Positions 27,801-38,651 of a stretch of 64,000 nucleotides of DNA are shown piece by piece; within the stretch, counting starts at the first letter, position 1; each line of letters starts with the position of its first letter. Both the position numbers and the translations under genes were made by a program. Source of the stretch: Antedon mediterranea (Eukaryota; Animalia; Echinodermata); NCBI RefSeq assembly GCF_964355755.1, contig NC_092676.1, positions 4,999,888-5,063,887 of the forward strand, given 5' to 3'. The notes under the pieces were generated by a model. The model made no database searches, was not told the origin of the DNA, and worked only from the letters and a program-made list of their open reading frames with translations.

Positions 27801-30800
27801 ACAAATTAAACAAAGAATTAAAATACTCATGAACACAATTTCTATTTTAAATATTTAGTATCATCTTAATGTATATAATAATAATTATTAAATAAATCTC
27901 TTTTTTAAATAATGACCAATTAAAAATTAAGATTTTTATAAAATGAATAATTAATATTGATAATTGTTAACATTCTACTAAACCTTTAAAAAAATAATTT
28001 ATATACATATACAGTATGTATTGATCACATTATGAAATTACACAATGCATAATATTCATTATTATTTTTATTTTATTATTTATTTTTAAAGCAAATTAAA
28101 CATGACCAAATACTTACAGATATGTCAATGCTGTCAATCTATCAAATACATTGGCTGGCAATGTACTTATTTGGTTATTGTTCAAATCCCTTCAAAGTAA
28201 AAACAATGTACAGTAACAATTACAATATTTAAGCTGTTTGATATGTAAATGCTGATGAGTATACTTTAATTAGGCTACAGTAAGATAAACTATTAAAATA
28301 AGAAAATGTTATTGTCATGAAAACAATTTATATAGAAAATATTAAATATTTGTATATTTTAATTACTCTTGTTTTTCTTATTGTCACTTGTATATTTATA
28401 ATTATTTTTATATGAGAATGCTGAATATTCTCTATCAGCTTACTGTTTATGATGATATAGTAATTTTAAAGTCTCTTGAATGACCAATTGTAAAACTATT
28501 ATATCTTTAACCAATTCATCCTGATAAGTGCTTATATAATGAATAATTTATTATTTACTTAGAAAAAGTTAAACATAGAAATTAATATTTAGTCCTTCAG
28601 TTTTGTCATTTCTGTCAATCTATCAAACACAAGGGTTGGCAATGCACTTATTTTGTTATGTTCTTCTAGGCTTATAGGTACAGTGATGTAGTGATGGGGT
28701 TGGGGTATAGAAACTGACTTCACGGAATGAAATTATTTCTGATATTTTAATCAATAGCTGCCACTAATAATTATATATTCTTGATTTACATATTCCTAAA
28801 TATATTTTTAAAATTCCAAGTTATAAATAGACTTGAAAGTATTATTCTCAACATTTTGTTATCATCTTAATGTATTATTTTTAATACATTTACAGTATGT
28901 ATTGATCACATTTTGAAATTATACAATGCATAATATTCATTGTTATAAATTATTGTATTATTTATTTTCAAGACAAATTAAACAAAGAATTAAAATACTC
29001 ATGAACACAATTTCTATTTTAAATATTTAGTATCATCTTAATGTATATAATAATAATTATTAAATAAATCTCTTTTTTAAATAATGACCAATTAAAAATT
29101 AAGATTTTTATAAAATGAATAATTAATATTGATAATTGTTAACATTCTACTAAACCTTTAAAAAAATAATTTATATACATATACAGTATGTATTGATCAC
29201 ATTATGAAATTACACAATGCATAATATTCATTATTATTTTTATTTTATTATTTATTTTTAAAGCAAATTAAACATGACCAAATACTTACAGATATGTCAA
29301 TGCTGTCAATCTATCAAATACATTGGCTGGCAATGTACTTATTTGGTTATTGTTCAAATCCCTTCAAAGTAAAAACAATGTACAGTAACAATTACAATAT
29401 TTAAGCTGTTTGATATGTAAATGCTGATGAGTATACTTTAATTAGGCTACAGTAAGATAAACTATTAAAATAAGAAAATGTTATTGTCATGAAAACAATT
29501 TATATAGAAAATATTAAATATTTGTATATTTTAATTACTCTTGTTTTTCTTATTGTCACTTGTATATTTATAATTATTTTTATATGAGAATGCTGAATAT
29601 TCTCTATCAGCTTACTGTTTATGATGATATAGTAATTTTAAAGTCTCTTGAATGACCAATTGTAAAACTATTATATCTTTAACCAATTCATCCTGATAAG
29701 TGCTTATATAATGAATAATTTATTATTTACTTAGAAAAAGTTAAACATAGAAATTAATATTTAGTCCTTCAGTTTTGTCATTTCTGTCAATCTATCAAAC
29801 ACAAGGGTTGGCAATGCACTTATTTTGTTATGTTCTTCTAGGCTTATAGGTACAGTGATGTAGTGATGGGGTTGGGGTATAGAAACTGACTTCACGGAAT
29901 GAAATTATTTCTGATATTTTAATCAATAGCTGCCACTAATAATTATATATTCTTGATTTACATATTCCTAAATATATTTTTAAAATTCCAAGTTATAAAT
30001 AGACTTGAAAGTATTATTCTCAACATTTTGTTATCATCTTAATGTATTATTTTTAATACATTTACAGTATGTATTGATCACATTTTGAAATTATACAATG
30101 CATAATATTCATTGTTATAAATTATTGTATTATTTATTTTCAAGACAAATTAAACAAAGAATTAAAATACTCATGAACACAATTTCTATTTTAAATATTT
30201 AGTATCATCTTAATGTATATAATAATAATTATTAAATAAATCTCTTTTTTAAATAATGACCAATTAAAAATTAAGATTTTTATAAAATGAATAATTAATA
30301 TTGATAATTGTTAACATTTTACTAAACCTTTAAAAAAATAATTTATATACATATACAGTATGTATTGATCACATTATGAAATTACACAATGCATAATATT
30401 CATTATTATTTTTATTTTATTATTTATTTTTAAAGCAAATTAAACATGACCAAATACTTACAGATATGTCAATGCTGTCAATCTATCAAATACATTGGCT
30501 GGCAATGTACTTATTTGGTTACTGTACAAATACCTTAAAAGTAAAAACAATGTACAGTAACAATTACAATATTTAAGCTGTTTGATATGTAAATGCTGAT
30601 GAGTATACTTTAATTAGGCTACAGTAAGATAAACTATTAAAATAAGAAAATGTTATTGTCATGAAAACAATTTATATAGAAAATATTAAATATTTGTATA
30701 TTTTAATTACTCTTGTTTTTCTTATTGTCACTTGTATATTTATAATTATTTTTATATGAGAATGCTGAATATTCTCTATCAGCTTACTGTTTATGATGAT

Positions 30801-32316
30801 ATAGTAATTTTAAAGTCTCTTGAATGACCAATTGTAAAACTATTATATCTTTAACCAATTCATCCTGATAAGTGCTTATATAATGAATAATTTATTATTT
30901 ACTTAGAAAAAGTTAAACATAGAAATTAATATTTAGTCCTTCAGTTTTGTCAGTGCTGTCAATCTATCAAATACATTGGCTGGCAATGCACTTATTTTGT
31001 TACGTTCTAGGCTTATAGGTACAGTGATGTATTGATGGGGTTGGGGTATAGAAACTGACTTCACGGAATGAAATTAGTTCTGATATTTTAATCAATAGGT
31101 GCCAGTAATAATTATATATATAATCTTGATTTACATATTCTTAAATATATTTTTAAAATTCCAAGTTATAAATAGACTTACAAAATGCCAGTGTTATTCT
31201 CCACATTTTGTTATCATCTTAATGTATTTATTAAAATAATATTTTAAATCTCTTTAAATATAAACTATCAATATTAGTATCTTTTAAAAGAATAATTTAT
31301 TGATAATGGTTTAGTATTTACTAATTCTTTTAAAATGTATACTGTATGATTGTATTGATTACTGGCAATGTACTTATTTGGTTCCTGCTCAAATCCATTT
31401 AAAGTAAATACAATGTACACAAAGAATTGAAATATTCAAGCTGTTTGATATGTAAATGCTGATGAGTATACTTTAATTAGGCTACAGTAAAATAAACTAT
31501 TAAAATAAGAAAGTTGTATTGTAATGAAAACAATTTTTATAGCAAATTTTAAAATATTTGTATATTTTTATTTTTCTTATACATTTTGAATAATTTTGAT
31601 GTGAGAATGCTGAATATTCACTATCATCTTATAAATGTTTATGATGATAATTAATAATAGTAACTTTAAAGTCTCTTAAATGACCAATTGTAAAAGTATT
31701 AATATCTTTAACCAATTCATCCTGATAAAAAATGAATAATTTATTATTTATTTAGAAAAAAGTTAAACATAGAAATTAATATTTAGGCCTTCAGTTTTGT
31801 CAGTGCTGTCAATCTATCAAACACAAGGGTTGGCAATGCACTTATTTCATTATTCTTCTTTCTTGGAGATCCAAGAAACATTTATTATATATGGCCTTTG
31901 GCCTAAATAATATACAATGTAATACAATATTAAATAAACATCAGTTGTTATATTATGTTAGGCTTATAGGTACAGTGATGTAGTGATGGGGTTGGGGTAT
32001 AGAAACTGACCCACCAAGAAATTACTTCTGATATTTTAATCAATAGGTGCCACTAAAAATCATATAGGCCTATATAATCTTGATTTTCATATTTTTAAAT
32101 ATATTTTTAAAATTCCAAGTTATAAATAAACTTATAGCAATGAAATGGTCGCCTCACAATAACCCTATACTTACAATTCTGCTATTGGAACATGATCATT
32201 ATACTTGTTGATAGTTGAGATGTTATTAATACTCCATGGATGATTACATGTCACTCGTTGACCTTCAGTATACCACCCAGTCCCACATATGCAGTTGGCT
32301 GGACATTCTGCTTCTC
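18763..32316 (-). CDS. LRR ectodomain gene derived from a GRL101/RXFP-like receptor: LRRNT + 9 LRR exons + hinge, then stop (5' exon not located)
   Basis: Eleven exons with canonical splice sites: 32316-32175, 30533-30462, 29361-29290, 28189-28118, 27015-26944, 25839-25768, 24667-24596, 23976-23905, 20554-20480, 19839-19768, 18883-18763. They total 914 nt and join in one frame with no stop until TAA at 18765-18763. Confidence 0.8.
19768..19839 (-). CDS. LRR exon, 72 nt, phase 2-2
   Basis: tttag|A RLDGNRLRFYEDKTFEELTNLVEL |gtaagt. Confidence 0.85.
20480..20554 (-). CDS. LRR exon, 75 nt, phase 2-2
   Basis: aacag|G YLYNNAITTIEPDAFSSFASSLTYL |gtaagt. Confidence 0.87.
20960..21620. mobile_element. 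DNA-transposon remnant with ~120-150 bp internal repeats
   Basis: Four recurrences of CATAAGCTTTAATTTGATACCAAAC-like and GGGTGTGGC motifs. Family not determined. Confidence 0.45.
22075..22580 (+). mobile_element. Degenerate LINE reverse-transcriptase fragment (L2/CR1-like)
   Basis: LDLQKAFDTVDHDILLEKL, WFQSYLKNRQQ, QGSIIGALLFLCYANDM, ADDSVLL, NKLSLHMGKT, with frameshifts and stops. Confidence 0.85.
22704..23055. repeat. Fold-back inverted repeat at array edge
   Basis: Arms 22704-22849 and 22910-23055 (~146 bp, near-perfect by eye) with a 60-bp loop. Both arms and loop are array intron sequence. Confidence 0.9.
23905..23976 (-). CDS. Array LRR exon A1 (72 nt)
   Basis: tgaag|G NLRDNKISTLPTNVFDKLTALKYL |gtaagt. 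Confidence 0.9.
24596..24667 (-). CDS. Array LRR exon A2 (72 nt)
   Basis: ttaag|G SLYNNQISTLPANVFDRLTALTTL |gtaagt. Confidence 0.9.
25768..25839 (-). CDS. Array LRR exon A3 (72 nt)
   Basis: taaag|G DLSRNQISTLPANVFDRLTALTRL |gtaagt. Confidence 0.9.
26944..27015 (-). CDS. Array LRR exon A4 (72 nt)
   Basis: tgaag|G WLYNNQIRTLPANVFDRLTALTYL |gtaagt. Confidence 0.9.
28118..28189 (-). CDS. Array LRR exon A5 (72 nt)
   Basis: tgaag|G DLNNNQISTLPANVFDRLTALTYL |gtaagt. Confidence 0.9.
29290..29361 (-). CDS. Array LRR exon A6 (72 nt, identical to A5)
   Basis: tgaag|G DLNNNQISTLPANVFDRLTALTYL |gtaagt. Confidence 0.88.
30462..30533 (-). CDS. Array LRR exon A7 (72 nt)
   Basis: ttaag|G YLYSNQISTLPANVFDRLTALTYL |gtaagt. 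Confidence 0.9.
32175..32316 (-). CDS. LRRNT (N-terminal cysteine cap) exon, phase 1-2
   Basis: tttacag|GA EAECPANCICGTGWYTEGQRVTCNHPWSINNISTINKYNDHVPIAEL |gtaagt, a CPxxCxC...VxC cap. Confidence 0.88.
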
Positions 32317-32538
32317 CTGTAAAGACATAGACTTATACTCTAAGGCCTACGTATAGCATATAGCAATAATAGCGTATATCTGGTAAGAATAATCACATAC
32401 CGGTAGGCCTAAACGTTGTGCAAAATTGGGAGAGAGGGGTAAACTCTTGTTTTCAATAACAATGCATTATTTCAAATGCATTATTAACATTTATATATAT
32501 ATATATAGCTAGCTGTTCCAGTAGAAGTAGGACTGTCC

Positions 32539-34030
32539 AGGCCCGTAACCAGGGGGGGATCGGGGGGATCGTACGATCCCCCCGCTGAACAGCGAGTTCC
32601 GCTTGGCCTCCCACTTTTTTTTTGCTGGGCATACCATGGATTAAAGAATATTCTATTCTTTAATCCATGGGCATACTAACACAACACGACGATTGTTCAC
32701 TACAGGCCTAGTCAAGCCTTAATAAATTTAATTAATATATATATATATATATATATTTTAACTAAAATATAAAAACCTAACACTAAAATTTACATGATAA
32801 GTTCTATTTGATAACTGCTGAACATCGTGGTTCTGGAGCTAGCGAGCTGTACACAGAGCATAGTTGTTGTTTGGTTGACATAACAGGGTATTCCCCTACA
32901 CAGGTCTCCGCGTGCGTGTGACGTGTCCAGCCAGCTGCTTGATAGAGAAAGCATGCAGCTCACAACGCAAGTGCAAGATGCAATGGTTGAGTGAATTCAG
33001 GGATCATCTTAATTCCATGGTTTTTACCTAAACACCACCACATGATGGTGAATATGCCTGTTAAAGTCTCAATGATACGATCCCTAATGAACCATGTTGT
33101 TGCTAGGAGGCTTGAAAGGAGGAGTACCCTAGCCTAATTTCGGTCGGCAAGAGAATGCCGTCCTTATTAAGTACAATAAAAACAAAGGCTAGGACTGTAT
33201 AGTGCCTATGAAAATTATCCCGTTAGGGCTAAATTTTATTAAAACGTATTACTATTAAAATATTAACAATGCTGCAGCATTTCATGACCCTTGTTGTTTT
33301 ATTTGCTTTCCCGTCGATGATTCTCATAAAACACATCGCGATGACATCATGACAAAAGAGGTGTTTTGTTTTTTTCAAAATCACTAAATATAATGTAATC
33401 GAGCTGGACCGCTAATTTTTAAACGATCGTTTAAACCAGGTCGTTGAATTGAATATGCCGTGATTTTAATTGTCAAAAACATGACCGTCAGTCGATGGCT
33501 CGGAGTTTCGATAAATCTCGCGTCGCATGTGTTGCGTGGTGAAAACACTCTCAGCAAGTTTGCTTCATTAATATTCATGAGACTCTGTGACGACCCGCTT
33601 TAACGTGACGTCATTTTACTTTAGCTGCATGCGAAGTATAGTGACCGCAATCGACCCGGCGCGCGTGTAAAAAAATAATACCGGCCTAGGTATTAAAAGA
33701 ACAGGCAAGTTGTTAGCTTGCTTTTGGTACCCTAGGTAAGTATCAGCTGCATATTCCACATGTCGTAATTTGCGAGCTTTAGAGTGTTTGGTAAATGACA
33801 TTATGAGATGTTTGTAAATCGTTTTAAACGACTTACAATGCGCTAGAACGCCAAAATTTCCAGGGGCCGTCGGCCCCTGGATCCCTTGGCGGCCCCCTGG
33901 CCCCCAGCCAATGTTTGCTCGCTTCGCTCGCAAAGCTACGCCACCCCTATTTCAATATCCTGGATCCGCCCCTGGGTTCCACTAAACAACTTAACGATCC
34001 ACCCCGCCGTCAAACCTGGTTACGGCCCTG
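32539..34030. mobile_element. Non-autonomous TIR element (hAT-like), apparent 5-bp TSD
   Basis: Ends CAGGCCCGTAACCAGG / CCTGGTTACGGCCCTG, flanked on both sides by CTGTC. Confidence 0.7.
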
Positions 34031-34894
34031 CTGTCACGATAAATATGGTCCGGGGCCAAATCGGTCCGGCCGGACCAGTTTTGGCTCTAAAGTTGTGGCC
34101 AAAAGCAGTCCGCCACTGTCAAAATGGGTCCGGGCTTTTCTTCTGTCGATTTTAATTGCATTACTAGGCCCATGATGCTGTTTTAAGTTGTTTATGGCTA
34201 GAAAAATATCCCATGATATATATTAGTAAGTTATCTTGTCGTATAAATACTATAAATAAATGTATATTATCTAAAAACATGACTTTTAGGTGTTCACTCA
34301 TATTTCAGCCTGCCACACACTCACATGAACGGGTATGAGACGCTGATATTGCCAGCAACTAGATTTTTATTTATGATTGGCCCTTTTTCCTTCCTCAACC
34401 TATATTGGATAGTTGTTTTATAATAATTGTATTGAATTTATATATTGATTGATTAACTATAAATAATTAATAAATTAAATTGTTTTTAACATCATGGGGA
34501 AACGAAGATGTTAAAAAAGAAAAATGGAAAACAGGCAGAGATACATTGTATACAATAAGCAATTAGTACTGATGAGTTACTACTAATAATGATAATAAGA
34601 AAACAGGCTTAATTTATAATATTAAAATAACAAATAAAACCCTGTAGTTTTCAATATAAATGACTAATCATGGCCTTTTTTTTAATGGTATATACATTAT
34701 GACTCATTTTGCGCACCATTTATTATTTGTAAGACCGGACCTTATTTGGCGGCCAAAAACAGGCCGGACCAGTTTTGGCGGCCAAAATTGGTCCAGCCGG
34801 ACAGGTTTTGGCAGCCATAAATGGTCCCCCGGACTGATTTTGGCAGCCGAAACTGGTCCGCCGGACTTGGCCCGGACTGATTTTGGTGTGACAG
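34031..34894. mobile_element. TIR element with GC-rich subterminal repeats
   Basis: Ends CTGTCAC / GTGACAG, with repeated CCGGACCAGTTTTGGC motifs at both ends and an AT-rich interior. Confidence 0.7.
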
Positions 34895-35389
34895 GGCCTA
34901 ATTGCAATCTACATTCATCACAGAGCTTGCGCAATTTCAAATTGCGCAAGATCTGACGTTTAGACATAAAAATGACTAGGCTAGAGTAGTATAGCCGCCC
35001 GCCGCGCCCGCCCGGCGGAACACCACCGCGCCCGCCGGAACACCACCGCGCCCGCCGGAACACTACCGCTTCGTTTTCCTTCGTCGAGTCTTCGACGGTA
35101 TGCTAACAATAACAATATTTTCACTACTAAAATAAGGAAATGCGATATTTTCTTTAATTTTGAATCATTCTTAGAAATTACTATAAAAATATGGGTGTTC
35201 ATGATTTCACAATCTGTCGAAAAATCTTGCGCAATTTGATACGAATTGCTTGCCCAATTTGAAACACATTGCGAAAATTGCGCAAGGAATTGTTTGCGCA
35301 AATCGTTTAAATTGTGCATAACACATGCATTATTGCCAGCGATCTAACTAAACAATTCAGGGACCGAAATGTGTAATGTGGTTAATTTC

Positions 35390-37790
35390 AGGCAAAGTTT
35401 ACCGACGTGTACTGCGTATCGATGTACGCTTCAGCAAAAGTGTACAAATTATTTTCGAGATCTATTGTTCGTGACGTATGTTCACCAATTTTAAAATTTA
35501 CGATTAACCCTCTGGAGTAGGCCTACCTCAATTATTACTGCATGTAGGCCTACATTCCTAAACAATAAGAATGCCATTTTTGTTTAGCCAATATTTTATT
35601 ATTGTCGAAATAAACTGATTTCTCCGACGGAAATTGGTCTACGCTTGCGGACGCATTCCCCTCCAAATAAAAGACAAAAAGGCCATTTTTAGGCCTCTCG
35701 GACTGATATTTTTAAGTTAAAAGTATAAGTGTAATTTTTTAAACCTGCAGCTCTATTTTTCACAATTTTCTTCTCAGCCCAAACAACTTTAGAGCTGGTC
35801 ATGGATACTTATAATTTCGTTTAATTTATCAATAGGGTCTATATAATAAAGTTTTAATTGAATTGAATTGAATTGAATATATAAGTGCAATTTCCAGGGA
35901 CCTATAGCAATTCTATTTTTCACAATTTACTTAGATCCACCCAACCATCCATGGTGGGTCCTGTAGACTTATAATTTCGTTTCATTTATCAATAGAGGTC
36001 TATATAAGTGCATTTTCCTGAACAGCTATTCTATTTTTCACAATTGTCTTAGCACAGCCCTAATGATAGGGCTGGTCCTGGAGACAATTATATATTTTGT
36101 TTCATATTTCAGTATAATTTACGGGGACCTAGCAACTCTATTTCTCTCTAAATAATTGAGTTAGATAATTAGTTATTTTTTGGTAAAAATCATGTTCAAT
36201 TCAATATATTTTGTCACTGTCAATACAAATAAAATGTTACTGTTGATACACGGTTTCGTTAACTTTAAAATAAAATCGACAAATTCATCATATCCCCTTA
36301 GGTCGCACTTATGACTGGGTCTAGGGTAAGTATTAGTGATGCTGATTTCAAGATCGATTAATATTCTTTGAAAATAGAAAAGTATCAGCAGTATAAAATA
36401 TTACAGCATTTTTATTGACAAATTAAACGTGCATTTCAACAATAAATGAATTAAAATGTAGACGCATTCCATCGAGTTTTTAGCCCTCTATTATGGATGC
36501 TTTTTTTGAGCTCCATAGAAACGAAAATATTGAAAGTTTTGAGTATGCGAAAGTGTGCAAGAAACACGTCTGTAAAATCACCAATTTTTATTTATGAATA
36601 ATAAATAATAGTATTTATTTGTTACTTTTTATGTGAATCTTTTTCATAAAAGTACTTATGAGGCCTAATTCTAAAGTGTTGTATTCAGGATAAAGTTAGT
36701 TGAATTAATTTGGAGTCAAAATACAATAATGCAGGTGCAAAAGGGAAACACCCACTGAAACCAACACAATGGAGTAAATATATATCAACAAACAAACCGT
36801 CCAGTTTGTTTGTTGTGAAACAAAGGTAAATATTTATTCAACGGGCGAAAATATTGTGAGTTTATTTCTGTTTGGGATAATTATTTAATTAAATTTATTG
36901 TAAAAAGCATTAATAAATGAAACCTACTATGTTTAAAATTGTGTATAGATAAACAATTATTGTTTTTAAGCTGTCGTATATCTTAGAATTTGTAATCTTA
37001 GGTTATTGGGTCTTAGGTTTTGTGATCTTAGGTCTTACGGGGTCTTAGCTTTCGTGATCTTTCGTGACACCCTGCAAAAATTGTAAATGCGCGCCTTGGG
37101 CGGATCTGTAAGAAAATTGTGAAAAATAGAGCTGCTAGGTTGCAATATACATACAATTGATACTATGAAACGAAATTACAAGTCTACAGAACCAGACAAC
37201 CGTGGTTGGGATGGAGCTAAGAAAATTTAGAAAAATAGAGTTGGAGGTCCCGGAAATTGGACTTCGAAACATTAAACAAAATATATAGCCTAAGTCCATA
37301 TCCTGGTTGTGACTGAGGTAAGAAATTTTTGAAAAATAGAGCTGTTAGGTCCTGGAAAATGCACTTATTGTACTTCGAAATATGAAATGAAATATATAAG
37401 TACCTATGCTTAAAGGTGGTCCGTTTTGCCTTTATTTGGGTGGGGGCAGGGGTGCGTCCGCAAGCGTAGACCCTTTTCAGTCGGGGAAATCAGTTTATAC
37501 CTCAAAAGTGTATGCGTGCGTACCATCTGGACTTCCGAGTGGTGAAACGTTCATGACACAGGACATTGACAATTTAATAACTTAGCTATAAAAAGATGTT
37601 GGCTAAGCGAAAATGGCATGTTTATTTTTTGTTTAGTAATGTATGAAATATTTATTTTATGTGCCCAACGGTACAGAAGGTAATTACTTGTAAATTAAAA
37701 AAATTGGTGAACATACGAACAATTAACATAATTCGATTTTGCTGTAGCGTACGTCGACACACAGTAACTACACGTAACAGTCGGTAAACT
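35390..37790. mobile_element. Old fold-back-like element with long degenerate inverted arms
   Basis: 35390-36150 and 37100-37790 are inverted relatives (shared GGTCTACGCTTGCGGACGCA, CGTATGTTCACCAATTTT and ~120-bp subrepeats containing GCTCTATTTTTCACAATT). Confidence 0.65.
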
Positions 37791-38231
37791 TCTTTAGTCC
37801 CTGGATGGAACATGATATCACGCATCTGGACCCAACGTTGAACGACGATTCGTACAAAGGGACATCGCTGGCAATAATGAATGCATTTAAAGTGCATAAT
37901 AGCCCTCTGACGTACTCACGGTCAATGGAACGTCGCGGTTTTCTAGCGCTGAAGCTACGAAGTGAACGCCAACGATTTTTACTGTATATTATATTCCCGA
38001 CAAAAAGTAGCCTACCCGTGTTCCCCGACGTGGGCAGGGGAATATGCTCCCCGACGAGGGGGCTGCTGCCCCCTGTCTCCCCAGCCTAGTGATGCTCGCA
38101 TAGCCCCACCCCGCACCCGCTTCGGAAAAATCTTGGCGCCACCGCTGGCTGAGTCAGACATGTCTACCTAGCTGTGACGAGTAAATGCAATATATCTAGT
38201 TGTGTGCCAGCCCAATTAATAACAATTAAAA

Positions 38232-38651
38232 CTAATTAGCAAACACATTAAGTAAAGCAATCATACCGAGAACGGTGACAGGATTGGTCTTGGTAACCGG
38301 ATTGGTAACACGATCAACAGAATCGGTAACATCATGATCGGTAACCGGATTGGTAACACGATCAACAGAATCGGTAAAATCATGATCGGTAACAGGATTG
38401 GTCGCGGTAATCGGATTGGTAACACGATCAACAGAATCGGTTACAGTACGATCAATAGAATCGGTAATATCATGATCGGCAACTGGTTTGGTCTCGGTAA
38501 CCGGAAAGGTGACAGGATCGATAACGGAATCTGTGACATGATCAGTAACGTTAACGTCAGTGAAGCTGATACTAAAACAGCGAGAAAATAACAATGCAAT
38601 CAATATAGCAGCAATAGAAAATAGTAGTATAATTCCTCTTAAGATGAACAT
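38232..38651 (-). CDS. Hypothetical 139-aa protein: signal-peptide-like N-terminus, T/V/D/P-rich repeats, short hydrophobic C-terminus
   Basis: ATG at 38651. MFILRGIILLFSIAAILIALLF, then repeated VTDSVDRVTNPVT, ending VLGMIALLNVFAN*. No homolog recognised. Confidence 0.4.
   Translation of the reverse strand: MFILRGIILLFSIAAILIALLFSRCFSISFTDVNVTDHVTDSVIDPVTFPVTETKPVADHDITDSIDRTVTDSVDRVTNPITATNPVTDHDFTDSVDRVTNPVTDHDVTDSVDRVTNPVTKTNPVTVLGMIALLNVFAN

Larger units (their letters stand above)
23498..31870 (-). pseudogene. Eight type-B LRR cassettes lacking normal splice sites, interleaved in the array
   Basis: At about 23498-23571, 25080-25151, 26251-26321, 27427-27500, 28599-28672, 29771-29844, 30943-31013, 31793-31870. 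Example SLEEHNKISALPTLVFDRLTEMTKL. The donor position reads GAAGG instead of GTAAG in all but the 25080 copy (GTAGGC). Truncated A-type pieces lie at ~22675-22700, 23056-23095 and 31362-31396. Confidence 0.8.
22670..32130 (-). repeat. ~1.17-kb tandem array of LRR exon-intron units
   Basis: Spacing between intact exons is 691, 1172, 1176, 1174, 1172, 1172 bp. Intron landmarks (e.g. GTGATGGGGTTGGGGTATAGAAACTGA) recur about eight times. Terminal units are degenerate. Confidence 0.95.

Noticed and set aside
22670-32316. Calling the array a true VLR ortholog or a somatic-assembly locus
   Set aside because: The modules are spliced exons, and the flanking hinge and 7TM remnants are GRL101/RXFP-type rather than a VLR LRRCT and stalk. 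Somatic rearrangement cannot be seen in one sequence, so similarity is treated as convergence.
34981-35319. Hydrophobic stretch FLILVVKILLLLA as the LRR gene's signal-peptide exon
   Set aside because: No suitable phase-1 GT donor follows it (GAAG|GAAAAC), and it lies within a TTGCGCAA-rich repeat.
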